A stretch of 64,000 nt of DNA from Octopus vulgaris (GCA_951406725.2 OX597815.1:101556001-101620000), one strand, 5' to 3'. Positions 41,956 to 55,399 are shown, numbered from the stretch's first letter. Notes: generated by a model not told the origin, from the sequence alone. Made by a program: numbers and translations.

Positions 41956-42689
41956 TTCACATGTAAATAGCTTTGAAAGCCGGCCTCTTTCTTAGTCAGA
42001 AAAATGTTTTCACAAAGGATAATAGTTTTCCAACTTTTGTAATATTAGTTGATTTAAAAAAATAGTACTAAAAAAACATGCTAAAGGAAACAGTGGAAAA
42101 AATATCCAGAGATAACTAAAGTTATTGCTACCATCATCACTACATACATACATCCCTATATAACTGATCTGGCAGAAATAACTGCCGAACGCACACGCTC
42201 GCGAGCGTATATATTGCTTAAGTACGCTCTACAATAGCAAATTGAGGAGTGTTTTCCTATTTTTCTGAAGTATCTTTGGAATGAGTATAACAGGCACGTT
42301 AAACTTTATTAGTGATATACTTAGAGATAATATGAGAAGATGTAATGAACGTTGTTGCCAATAATTATAATTCTGTCTCTCTTTGTCTGAAGCAGTTTTT
42401 AAGCGATACCTAGACATCTGGTAAAAAAGTTATCCAATGTAAGCCACCCAGGTGGTTAACAATATTAGAGAAAAAATACCAATATTCTGCACCGCAGAAT
42501 CAAACATAGACATCATCATAAGGTTCAAGACGAACAATGAGTTCACTTACACCAACTGCATATGAAGGCTGACGAAAATTTCCGGAGATTCTACATTAAA
42601 AAGTTAATAATTATAAAATATGAATTCAAAAGCTTAAGTTCGAAACTGCTTTACGCTAACAAACTATCATTAAATCAAAAAGGAATAGC

Positions 42690-43430
42690 GTAGTAATAGT
42701 CGCCTTTCTCCTGTAGGTACAAGGCCTGAAAATTTGGGGGAAGCTGCCAGTCGATTACATCGACCCGTGCTGGACTGTTAGTTATTTTATCGACTCCGAA
42801 ATGATGAAAGGCAAAGTCGACCTGGGCGGAATTTCAACGCATTATGCAAAGGTGGACAAAATGCTGCTAATCATGTTGCCTGATGTGTTAACGATTCTGC
42901 CAGCTCGCCGCCTAATTAAGTAGTAATATCCTTCCTATAATAGGAACAGGGCCTGAAAGTTTTGGGGAAAGGGGCTAGTCGATTACATCAACCCCAGAAT
43001 TCAGCTGGTTCTTATGTGATCGACCCCGAAAGGATGAAACGTAAAGTTGACCTGGACGGGATATGAATTCAGAAATGTAAAGACAGACGAAAAATTGCGT
43101 TGTAATATTCTTTCTATTATGGGCAAAAGGCCTGGAATTTGGGGTAAGGGCTAATCGATTACATCGACCTCAATACTTGACTAATAGTTATTTCATCGAC
43201 CTCGAAAGGATGAAAAGCAAACTCGACCTCCGCGAAATTTGAACTCAAAATGTAAAGACGGATGAAATACTTCTAAGCATTTTGTCAGGCATGCTAACGA
43301 TTCTGCGAGTTCACCGCCAAATTACGCAGTAATACCCTTTCGACTGTAGGTGCAAGACCTGAAATTTTGAGGTAGGGGTAATGTCGATTACATTCACCCC
43401 AGTGCTTAACTGGTACTTATTTTATAGACC
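42690..43430 (-). mobile_element. Head-to-tail array of four diverged family A SINE copies
   Basis: The GGCCTGAAA..TTGGGG..GTCGATTACATCGACC..TATCGAC..CGAAAGGATGAAA module recurs near 42720, 42950, 43130 and 43355. Confidence 0.8.
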
Positions 43431-43700
43431 CTAAAATATTGAAAAATATATTCAACCAACAGTAAATCATACACTATAACAACGAAAATATTCCAGTAAA
43501 GTTGTGTTGAGAAAGCTTCATAATGGGTGGGAAAGAACAGAAAATATAGAAAGGATTTTAACTATTTGGTACTGTTTACAAGATTTTTATATTTTACAGG
43601 ACGCTTTTCAGTCACGAATTTATAAAAAGAATTGTGGAAATCGTCAAGGGCTAACTGGCTTGTCATAGCAAACAAACACACACACACGCGCGCACACACA

Positions 43701-43756
<56 letters not shown>

Positions 43757-43986
43757 CGCGTACACACACATACTTAGCAGGAAATGCAACAATGTAGTGA
43801 CTGATGAGTAAGCAGGTGGAAAGAGGCGAATATGGAGATGTTTAGGACAACTTTTAATTAATAAACCTGTTCTCTCTAATAAAAAGAAAGCTTGGGAGAT
43901 GATTACAGAGCGAAATATAACTCTATACCCAACTCAAGAGTTGTTGGAATCACTACATTCGGTAAAATTACCCGTTGCTTTAATTA

Positions 43987-44196
<210 letters not shown>

Positions 44197-45121
44197 TTAT
44201 TATTATTTTCAAGTGTTTTCCTTGCTTCCCATTTTTACTTGTCAATTGGACAAAAAGTTCTAAATACAAGCCATAAGAAAGAGTCACAGAACTTCATGAG
44301 ACAAAAGAAAAAAAAGCACAACTAAAAAAACCAAGAGTAGCAACAAAATAAACCATAACAAAAAGAAAAAACAGGGAAAAAAGTCAAAATAATAATACTT
44401 GCTTCCTTCCAAAGAAGAAATTTATCCAAACATACACTTTTCCCTCAAACAACCTGAATGTAACCAAACATTGTAGGAAATTACAATTTTAACAAATTAT
44501 GAGCAAAACACAAATAAAAGTTGTTGACAGTAATTTCTTGAACTATACAAAGAAAAATACTCCAATTTCTTCTAAACGGTTATTTTCTCCGGTGGAATCA
44601 GGACATATCCCACAATCAGCTTGTTTAAAAGATCAAACGGGAAAATGCTTACAAACGCCATGAAGATCTGATGTTGAGGAGATATTTGCTACTAATTGGC
44701 GCTGGTGACAGATTTGGTGCTGAGTGACAAATTCTCACTCACCAACATTATTACAAATGTTTTCTCTCCCGCTTCTTCTACCACAACTTTAAACTAGGAA
44801 ACCACGTACGACCAACATCCAATTCACCGATACACCTGCATCTCTTCTTATCACCTCTTATAATCACTTTGCTCAGTCATTAAACCTCCTCTAGTCATTT
44901 TGTTTATTCAGTCATTCTTGTCCAGACGCAGCCACCTGGAATTCTTTCCCTGTCCACTCTGCTCTTTATTTAAGCTTCACCATCATACTGGTGTTCAGGC
45001 TTCACATCAAGTCCATCGGCCCTGCTACATACTGTAAACCTTCCTCTTTCTCCTCCAATTACGATAACTTTTCTTTAGAAAACAAAGTGTTGATAACACC
45101 ATTGTAATATTTAAACATTCA

Positions 45122-45775
45122 AGGCGGTGAGCTGGCAGAAACGTTAGCACGCCGGGCGAAATGCGTAGCCGTATTTCGTCTGCCGTTACGTCCTGAGTTC
45201 AAATTCCGCCGAAGTCGACTTTGCCTTTCATCCTTTCGGGGTCGATTAAATAAGTACCAGTTACGCACTGGGGTCGATACAATCGACTTAATCCGTTTGT
45301 CTGTCCTTGTTTATCCTCTCTGCGTTTAGCCCCTTGAGGGTAGTAAAGAAATAGGTATTTCGTCCCTCTGAAAGGCGGCTAGCTGGCAGAAACGTTAGCA
45401 CGACGGACGAAATGCTTAGCAGTATTTCGTCTGCCGCTACGTTCTGAGTTCAAATTCCGCCGAGATCGACTTTGCCATTCATCCTTTCGGGGTCGATAAA
45501 TTAAGTACCAGTTACGCACCTGGGGTCGATGTAATCGACTTAATCCGTTTGTCTGTCCTTGTTTGTCCCCTCTTTGTTTAGCCCCTTGTGGGTAGTAAAG
45601 AAATAGGTACTTCGTCCCTCTTTACGTTCTGAGTTCAAATTCCGCTGAGGTCGACATTGCCTTTCATCCTTTCGGGGTCGATAAAATAAGTACCAGCTGA
45701 TAAGTTGGGTCGATGTTATCGACTTACCCTCGCCCTCGTAACCGTGAACCTTGTAACAAAATTTGAAACCAATCT
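45122..45775 (+). mobile_element. Tandem or nested array of three family A SINEs
   Basis: Copies start at ~45122, ~45373 and (headless) ~45605. Both junctions read GAAATAGGTA(T/C)TTCGTCCCTCT. Confidence 0.9.
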
Positions 45776-46585
45776 TTAAACATTCACAGTATTTAACCAT
45801 TCATTTTTCTGCAATAAAAATACTAAATTATTGGAAACTTTTTTCTAAGACCTTTGAAGACACATTTTTACTTGCGGTCACCATATTTGCATATTATTAA
45901 AAAATTAGGAGAGAGAAATTTAGAAAAAAAAAAAAAAAATCCGGAAGTTTTGTTTAAAGTAGTTCTGGAAGAATGACATATTCACACATGTATGTGCGTG
46001 TGTATATGTCCGTGTGTGTGTGTATGCATCTGCGGCATTCTGGGACATGCTCGAACCCAGAGTATAGGTAAAAATTGCTAACGCACTACAGGAGATAAAA
46101 CTACTGAATTTTGACTATGAATTATTCTATTTGTGAAAGTTTGAATATAATAACGAATGGCTATATTTCTACAAACGTGAATATTTTAATATTCTCTAAA
46201 CAGAAATATCAAACATTTTGCAGGTGTTTCATAATTAATACCCACAAGTACGTTATAGCTACGACCCATGCAACTACAGATACATAATTGATATATAAAC
46301 GCATACTTATTTACATGCATACGTATATACACGTGTGTATAGATACTCACACACACACACACACGCACACACACACACACACATATATATTTATATATAT
46401 ATGTGTTGTCCATTCACACATGCATTAATACACGTACATATTTACTCACACACACGCACACGCACATACATACAAATTGTTATGAGTATGTGATGAACTG
46501 AAAGAGAAATACACTCGAAGGCAAATAAAAAGCACGAAATACACAGTATGAGAAAGAAAATGAACGAGAAAAGAAATAAATAAAT

Positions 46586-46680
<95 letters not shown>

Positions 46681-46729
46681 GACAGACAGATAGATTGACA
46701 GATATATATATATATATAGATAGATAGAC

Positions 46730-46784
<55 letters not shown>

Positions 46785-47335
46785 ACATCTACCGGTTCCA
46801 GTCATTTTTTTTAATGAGGCATCATATTTTTTTCTCACTAACAGTCATGGCTGATTAACAGTGCAAACAGCTGTTACTCAACTTAAAATGTTAACTTGAC
46901 GAGTCAAAATACTAAACTTGTTTTCTAAATCAGTGAACCCGAACGCTTTCAGTTTAAAGCAGTTAAACATACTAGCAGGGTGCATTGGCAACCAATCATT
47001 TCAAATTGAAAAAGTTTACTTTTTGGTTCCACATTAAAAGCGAGGAGCCAAATTGTAACTTGTGCTTGAGTAGACAATGAGCAGCCTTAATAGGGGACAT
47101 GTGGGGCCTATGAAGGTTATTTCCAATTATTTTATAACTATGAAACACTGTATTTTTGATGACAGCATAAACGTTTTAACAGGTTAGAGATGATTCATAA
47201 GGGCGTATGAAGAAAAATATCACTAAAGACTCTAAACTGCTAAAATTTGAAAAAAAAACGATTAAATACTTTGTATGTAGGTGAAATAAATATACAAATA
47301 TCCATCCATCTATCCATATATGCATCTGTCTATCT

Positions 47336-47560
47336 GGCGAGCTGGTAGAAACGTTAGCACGCCGGGCGAAATGCTTAGCCGTATTTTGTCTGCTGTTACG
47401 TTCTGGGTTCAAATTCCGCCGAGGTCGACTTTACCTTTCATCCTTTCAGGGTCGATAAATTAAGTACCAGTTACGCACTGGGGTCGATGTAATCGACTTA
47501 ATCCGTTTGTCTGTCCTTGTTTGTTCCCTCTGTGTTTAGCCCCTTGTGGGTAGTAAAGAA

Positions 47561-47561
<1 letters not shown>
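47336..47561 (+). mobile_element. tRNA-SINE, family A
   Basis: Near-identical to 45122-45352; ends in (TATC)n. Confidence 0.9.
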
Positions 47562-47618
<57 letters not shown>

Positions 47619-48694
47619 TACCCGCTGCTTTAGTTGTTTCTTCTTCTTCTTCTTCTTCTTCTTCTTCTTCTTCTTCTTCTTCTTCTTCTTCTTCTTCTTC
47701 TTCTTCTTCTTCTTTCTCCTCCTCCCTCTTCTTCATCGTCGGTGTGTTTATGCCCCCGTAACTTAGTGGTTAAGCAAAAAGACCGATAGCATAAGTACTA
47801 AGCTTAAAAAGAAAATCAAGTACTGGGGGTCGATTCGTCCGGCTAAACTTTTTCAAGTCTAATGACTGAAACAAGTAAAAGGTAAAAGAAAAGATATCGC
47901 TGTTTGTCTGTCTTTCTGTCTCTGTCTCTCTAGCTATCTAACTTCAGCTCTTTTCCATCGATTATTTCGACTGCTTGATGAAACCTTAGCATCCGTTGTC
48001 GACTTATATGTGTAAATTGTTAGTGCACGTATTGTGCCATGGACGGGGTAAGCCCATGGTCAATGAGCAGGACTGGATATCACAACCTACATACCTACCT
48101 ACCTACCTACCTACATACCTACCTACCTACCTACCTATATACAAACACATACACACATATACACACACATACACGCGCACACACAGACACAGGTACACAC
48201 ACACACACACACACACACATCTCAATGTATCGATTAGACTACCTGATGTTGTTATACATTACTGGTCACCATGTAAACTGCATCGTTTTAGCTCTCGAAT
48301 GATGCTACTCCGCTTGTTAGGCTAGCAGACCAATATTGATCAGAAAGCTAGACACCATCGCAGAGTTACCCATTTATAGCGTAGTGGACTATTGCAACGT
48401 GAAATGAAGTCCTTTGCTCAAGAAAACAACGAATAGCCAGTGTGAGAATCGAAATCACGATTACGTGACCGTGAGTATAACACCCCTAATCACTAGGCCA
48501 CGTCTTTCTTTTCCTCTCTCTCTCTCTCTCTCTGTCTGTCTGTCTGTGTATCTGTCTGTGTGTGTCTCTCTCTTTCTGTCTTTCTTTTTTACTAACTACG
48601 TTCGTATTGTTTACATGACGTATTCGTATACATAACCTTTCAGTGCTGGCTCTAATTTCTATACCAGATTTGTAGAGATAGCTTTAATAAGCTA

Positions 48695-48752
<58 letters not shown>

Positions 48753-48761
48753 TGTGTGAGT

Positions 48762-48816
<55 letters not shown>

Positions 48817-49071
48817 AATACATATATACATATATATTCTTTTATTCTTTTATTTTGTTTCAGTCAACTGGAGCACCGGCTTTTAGTCGTAGAAATCGAC
48901 CCCTGGTCTTAATGTTTGTAAGACTTGGTGCTTATTCTATCGGTCTATTTTTCCGAACCGCTAAGTTACGAAGATGTAAACACACTAACACCAGTTGTCA
49001 AGCGATGGTGGGGGGACAAATACAGACTTAAACAAACACACATAAATATATATACATGTGTGTGTGTGTAT

Positions 49072-49579
49072 AAATTAACAGAATGAGATAAAAACCCAAG
49101 GATGTAAAGATTTAAGAACGTTTATAAATAGAAGGTCTTACAGCTGTTTTCGGGATATTTTATATATCCTTTCATCGAAGACGGTGTGAGAAAATGGATA
49201 AGCAATAGTTATTTTAGATAAGATATGAAATAGAGGAGGAATGAAAATACATTAGGCAGAATGGTATACATATAAGATTCCTCTACCTTAAATACTATTG
49301 GAACTTAATTACAAGGTACAGGAATGTTATATATATACCATTCTGCCTAAATAATGGAACTGAAGATGCAATATCCCTGCATATCTCACATGCATTTTCA
49401 TTCCTCCACTTCCCTCTCTATTTCATATCTTATCTAGAATAACTATTGCTTATCCGTTTTCTCACACCGTCTCCGATGAAGGAATATATAAAATATCCAG
49501 GAAACAGCCGTAAGACCTTCTATTTACAATTGTTCTGGAATCTTTACAGCCTTGGATTTTTATCTCATTCTGTTAATTT
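49072..49579. mobile_element. Foldback element with an HHR motif in each arm (49135-49182 minus; 49469-49516 plus)
   Basis: Imperfect inverted arms of ~220 bp. The plus arm reads gtct-CCGATGA-a-GGA(A)TAT...ATATCC-ag-GAAA-CAGCCG-TA-agac; the minus arm has stem III CAGCTG. Confidence 0.85.
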
Positions 49580-49768
49580 TTATATATATACACATGCTGA
49601 TATATGACCTATGTTGAACTCCTCATTCGCATAATCACCAAACCTAGAGCATAACTATAGTCTGTCCATAGCACTTACTCAGCATTACCTGATACATTTG
49701 GGTCTTCTTGACACCATTACCTTTCATAACCTATATATAATATATATATATATATACACATACATACA

Positions 49769-49824
<56 letters not shown>

Positions 49825-49926
49825 AATACCTTGACATTCTTGTTACTTATTTGCTTTTTTACTCACTTCGAGCTGTGCAAATACTACCGGTCAGCCTTGG
49901 TGCATCAACTTAAATACTTATTCAAC

Positions 49927-49969
<43 letters not shown>

Positions 49970-50183
49970 CAATAATAATTCTCTAAACGAGATATAGACA
50001 GTAACTGCTCCATAACATAAGGGACGTTAGCCATCTGAATGTGGCTAGGGACAGGGCAGGGCGGTGGGGGTGTTACTGATGCATTTAGCCCCAGGCGATC
50101 ATCAACGTCACCAGGAGGGCTGACGCCATCACGGCGTCCTCTAGCCTGCAAAGGGAGATCATTCCCCGAAGAAGCGGATGCCA

Positions 50184-50228
50184 CATACGGACCTAGGTTT
50201 CAAGGTGTTTGCCTATTATCAACGTATG
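50184..50228 (-). ncRNA. Minimal type I hammerhead motif, U3-A8 variant; predicted cleavage after GUC (between 50190 and 50189)
   Basis: catacg-TTGATAA-t-AGG caaaca CCT-t-GAAA-CCTAGG-TC-cgtatg. Confidence 0.8.
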
Positions 50229-50749
50229 GCAGGCACCGCTCCTCGACGAACGACTCTCTGTGCAGGCTATATATAAAGATTTTCACAGTAAATACATTTA
50301 CTGATGTAGAAAATCTGTTCGACAGCAATAATAATTCTCTAAACGAGATATAGACAGTAACTGCTCCATAACATAAGGGACGTTAGCCATCTGAATGTGG
50401 CTAGGGACAGGGCAGGGCGGTGGGGGTGTTACTGATGCATTTAGCTCCAGGCGATCAGCAACGTCACCAGGAGGGCTGACGCCATCACGGCGTCCTCTAG
50501 CCTGCAAAGGGAGATCATTCCCCGAAGAATGTATGGCAGGCATCAGTAACACCCCCACCGCCCTGCCCTGTCCCTAGCCACATTCAGATGGCTAACGTCC
50601 CTTATGTTATGGAGCAGTTGCTGTCTATATCTCGTTTAGAGAATTATTATTGCTGTCGAACAGATTTTCTACATCAGTAAATGTATTTACTGTGAAAATC
50701 TTTATATATAGCCTGCACAGAGAGTCGTTCGTCGAGGAGCGGTGCCTGC

Positions 50750-50794
50750 CATACGTTGATAATAGGCAAACACCTTGAAACCTAGGTCCGTATG
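50750..50794 (+). ncRNA. Same hammerhead motif in the inverted copy; predicted cleavage after 50788
   Basis: Identical sequence to the minus strand of 50184-50228. Confidence 0.8.
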
Positions 50795-50962
50795 TGGCAT
50801 CCGCTTCTTCGGGGAATGATCTCCCTTTGCAGGCTAGAGGACGCCGTGATGGCGTCAGCCCTCCTGGTGACGTTGATGATCGCCTGGGGCTAAATGCATC
50901 AGTAACACCCCCACCGCCCTGCCCTGTCTCTAGCCACATTCAGATGGCTAACGTCCCTTATG

Positions 50963-51000
<38 letters not shown>

Positions 51001-51120
51001 CGAGAGAGAGAGAGAGAGGGCATAGATGAAATGAGGAGAAATAACGTCACTCAATAAGGATGTAAGTATGTGTTTATTGTGAATATGTTTTTATTTCGTA
51101 TCAAACTCAGCTGTGGTAAT

Positions 51121-51508
51121 TTAGAAGCACTCCGTCGGTTACGACAATGAGGGTTCCGGTTGATCCGAATCAACGGAACAGCCTGCTCGTGAAATTAACG
51201 TGCAAGTGGCTGAGCACTCCACAGACACGTGCACCCTTAACGTAGTTCTCGGGGATATTCAGCGTGACACAGAGAGTGACAAGGCCGGCTCCTTGAAATA
51301 CAGGTACAACAGAAACAGGAAGTAAGAGTGAGAGAAAGTTGTGGTGAAAGAGTACAGCAGGGATCACCACCATCCCCTGCCGGAGCCTCGTGGAGCTTTT
51401 AGGTGTTTTCGCTCAATAAACACTCACAACACCCGGTCTGGGAATCGAAACCGCGGTCCTATGACCGCGAGTTCGCTGCCCTAACAACTGGGCCATTGCG
51501 CCTCCACT
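51121..51508 (-). mobile_element. tRNA-SINE, family D, full length, with target-site duplication
   Basis: Head GGAGGCGCAATGGCCCAGT.GTTAGGGCAGCG and B box GGTTTCGATTCC. An 11-bp direct repeat GCTGTGGTAAT lies at 51110-51120 and 51509-51519. Confidence 0.92.
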
Positions 51509-52553
51509 GCTGTGGTAATACACTGTTGTGAAATGACTCGCAGCTATGATTTTGGGCAAACATCTAGTATGATGAATTGAAGCCCAGTCTATTCACGAAG
51601 TTACATGATACTGAGAGGTCAAGGAATCCCTTCAGCCACATTGATAATCCCATATTCTTCTTCATGCTCAGTCGCCTTGAGTGTAATGATGAGAGTGACT
51701 CTGATATGCACACAGCTGTTTTTCGCCATAAAAATATAAGAGAAGAAAAATACCCCGAAAAAATAATGACTTCGAGTTGATCTAACAAACCTGCATATTC
51801 ATCGTCTAATTTGACGAATGAGCTGTCATGAGCGCGTACATACGCACAGAGTCACATGTCGAAATGTTATTACTCTAAAGTACTTTTAAGAAGAACAAAA
51901 CATTTACGGTTGATGTGAATCTATACTAATAGTACAGACAAATATATTGTGAAGATCAATTTGACTGGGAGTTCACAATACATACACATATACACAGATG
52001 CACATACATACGTATACATACACACATGCACATACATATGTGTGTGTATGTGTGTGTATGTATGCAAGCACACACACACACACACACACAAATGTAAATA
52101 TGAGGATCTTCCACGTAGTTTCCAATAATCCAATGAAATCCTACTCACACGGTATTAATCAACCAAAGGTTATATTAGAAGACACCTGTCCAACGTCTCG
52201 CGCAGTGGGATCGTATCAGGAAGCAAGTGGTAACGAAGTAAATGTTTGTGTCATATTTGTACTCATATGTTTTAGGGAAATAAACATAATTTATTGGGTC
52301 GGGTCACGATATCTAATTGTTGAACTTCAACTGAGACAACAGCTGAACTTTCCATATAATAAAATGCCTTGACTGGTTATTCATGAAATGTATCTTTACT
52401 ATTACTCTATGAAATATTTAATTTGTATTACTATATGGAATGCATTCGTTATATTACTTTAATTTATACTAAACTAGCTGCAGCTTGTTGTGCAGTCTAT
52501 TCAGTGTTGGCACACTATATTTATCTATTTATTATGGTTTATCTGAAAGTATG

Positions 52554-52884
52554 TGAAGGTACTCAGATGTTAGAGCATCGGGCTTACAATCATGACGTAG
52601 TGAGTTAGATTCCTGGACCGAGAAATGTGTTGTGTTCTTGAGCAAGACACTTTATTTCACGTTGCTGCAGTTCACTCGGCTGTAGAAACAAGTTGCAACG
52701 TCACTGGTGCCAAGCTGTTACGGTCGTTCCTTTGGATTACATCGGTGGCGTGGAGACGGGAGGATGCTATGCATGGCTGACTGGTAGTCTTCCATAAACA
52801 ACCTAGCCCGGACTTTGCCACGGAGGGTAACTTCCTAGGTGCAACTCCATGGTCATTCATGACTGAAGGGGGTCTTTACCCTTT
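52554..52884 (+). mobile_element. tRNA-SINE, family C
   Basis: Colinear with 37411-37748. Confidence 0.88.
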
Positions 52885-54876
52885 ATGGTTAATCTGAAAC
52901 TACAAGATGTCCGCACCATTTTCAAAGGCGTTACCTGCTTTGTAATAGAATATAAATACGCAATATGACATACATTTAGTGGACTTTTGTGACTTTGAAG
53001 AAGATACTTCACCTCATCTCTTGCGTCCGCGGGGAAGGTCGATCAAGTCTCAAACGTCTGAAAGAAAGGGTAGATGAGAAAATGTATCTGGTGTATTGCA
53101 TGTGGGAAAAAATAATAAATAAAAAAAGACGCGATTATAATGGCTTCAATACCTCTGATCATAACTCTCTCTGATGAATGATGATTTGGGATCATGCAAC
53201 AGTAACAAGAACAGATATTTTAGAAACACGTTTGATGTAGAAAATGTTTCTCAGGTTAGTAGATGTTTTTTTTTTACCTGAATGGAATTACTTGTGATCA
53301 TTAGCAGATGGACGAAAAAGATGATAGACTGAATTTCGAGAGGTAGCACAACGCCACCACCAATAAAATAAAATAAAATAAACGGAAAGCCACAACGAAC
53401 AAGATGTAATTAGCTCGATGAACTGGGTATAAATGACAATAGCTGGAGTTATGGAATCCCAAACCGAAAATTATAGACAAAAATTAAGTAAGTCTTATAT
53501 ATAGGAAACAGTAGCCGGTTTGATTGAAAGTGTTAAGTAAAATAAATTAAATTTAAATAGACATGTTCGAATTTGCTTATCTGTTAATAACATTTGTAAT
53601 AACATAAAATTCTAAATAACATAAATCACGTATATAAAGGGGTAGTCTCCATAATGCTTATCCGAGTTTATTACGGTTTGTTATTTTACAGTGTCAGATT
53701 TTACCAGATTTTACCAGATTTTCTTTTAAAATAAAAATACAGTGGGTAGTACGGTAACTGATTCCCTTCATATTTTGAGTTAAAAGGGCTACCGAGTCCA
53801 AGTTTATATTTCATCCGTCTGCAGTCAATGAATAATTTAGTAGTAAAGTACTGGAGATGACTAACCCTAAAAGTATTGTTCCTGGATCATAAACTAGTCA
53901 TTATAAATTCCTCATGCGAGTCTGAATTTCTATAACCTGAGTTCTGTGAACAGTATAATTTATGTGTAAAAAGGATGAAAGAATTTAATTTTTAAATAGA
54001 CCCCTTTAAAGTTGTTAACATTAAAAGTATGATAGGATTTTGAAGGGTTAATTTTTCTGTGATATTCAGGTTAGTTATTACCCTAATTTTCAATACTTCT
54101 TTCGATTGAGATTTATTTACATAAACATTAGTTTTTATATGTTCACATTAAATTAAAGATGAAATAATTATTTAAGTGGCTAAGAACGAATAAGCTGTTT
54201 TAATCATCTTTTGATTAATACAATAAAATAGATTAATTCTATTGAATATAGAATGAAGACTTTAACAGGTGAACATGGGCTCTATATTAATATTACTGCA
54301 TGTGATCTTGTGTGAATGTCTAAGAACTGTATACTGGGTGGCGGAATTAATGGAAAACCAAAGTTCCTTGTTATTTTTATTGATTTACATCCTTTTGATT
54401 CAAACATATTCTTTCATTGGTTTAACTAATGGAAGGAGGTCGTATTTGGGTACAGCCTTCACAATATAGTCGATTATATCAACCTCGTTATTTAATTTGA
54501 CATCCTCGGATGAATGAGCGGCAGAGTGCACCTGGAAGTTTTTGAACTCATTACGAAAGTCCTCAAGATATTTTATAGAACGCTCTAACGTTTCTGCCAT
54601 CACGTGTGTGTATGCGTGCATGACTTCATTAATCATGCACATACACAAATACACACATTATCTATTTACACACGTGAACATATAATGATGATAGGATCAG
54701 TAGATCATCATCAATATCTTGTGTATTGTGATATTTTACGCTATGAGTTCAAATCTTTCCAGTGGCAGTTTGGCGTTCATTTATCCGAGGCTGTCAAACT
54801 ATGTATGATGTATTCGACTTCATTGTAATTAACTATATTGTGTCGACTACATTGCACACACACTCACACACACACG

Positions 54877-54907
<31 letters not shown>

Positions 54908-54994
54908 ATACACACACGTACACACACACGTACACACACACGTACACACACACGTACACACACACGTACACGCACACGTACACACACGCACAGA

Positions 54995-55045
<51 letters not shown>

Positions 55046-55399
55046 GTCCGTCAGTGGCCCACGCTGGCGTGTGCTGTCAGAAAATCAAGTCTTAGAGCAT
55101 ACGAAATAGTAGACGATGGGGTGAAGGAGTTGGTTACCAAGTCAAAACTTGACGAGCGTATTTAATACCTCATTCAATGCAGACTGCATTTAAAGCTTAA
55201 GGATCATGAAAATGCTTTTATCTATATTCCCGAATACAGGTTAATAAATCTCATGAAAACTGAGCCAGGTATAGCTAGCAAGCATATATCAGATTATTAT
55301 TAAACCCAGTTTTAAAACGATAGGATACTAGCAGCATCAGTTTTAAGAAGTTTAATAAGTCTCAGCAATAAACCAAGTTGCAGGTTTCGATCATGGAGT

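Larger units (their letters stand above)
49968..50966. mobile_element. Retrozyme-like or Penelope pLTR-like insertion: 356-bp structured unit, ~1.6 direct + ~1.2 inverted copies, within (TA)n
   Basis: 49968-50323 repeats from 50324 to 50529. 50540-50966 is the reverse complement of 50012-50438. Copies differ by only a few substitutions. Confidence 0.9.

Noticed and set aside
42690-43430. Regularly recurring repeats suggestive of a CRISPR-like array
   Set aside because: The units are diverged SINE copies in eukaryotic DNA, with no constant short repeat plus unique spacer pattern.
50164-50256. Opposite-polarity hammerhead (CCGAAGA-AGCGG...CCGCT) in the 356-bp unit
   Set aside because: No GAAA follows the stem; the pairing simply mirrors the long stem on the other strand.
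50039-50353. 104-aa ORF (and its mirror at 50625-50939) in the 356-bp unit
   Set aside because: Non-ATG start, no recognisable domain, and an expected length for GC-rich sequence; RNA structure explains the unit better.
51564-51794. Unique-looking ORFs on both strands as a host exon
   Set aside because: Weak splice signals and no recognisable protein motif.
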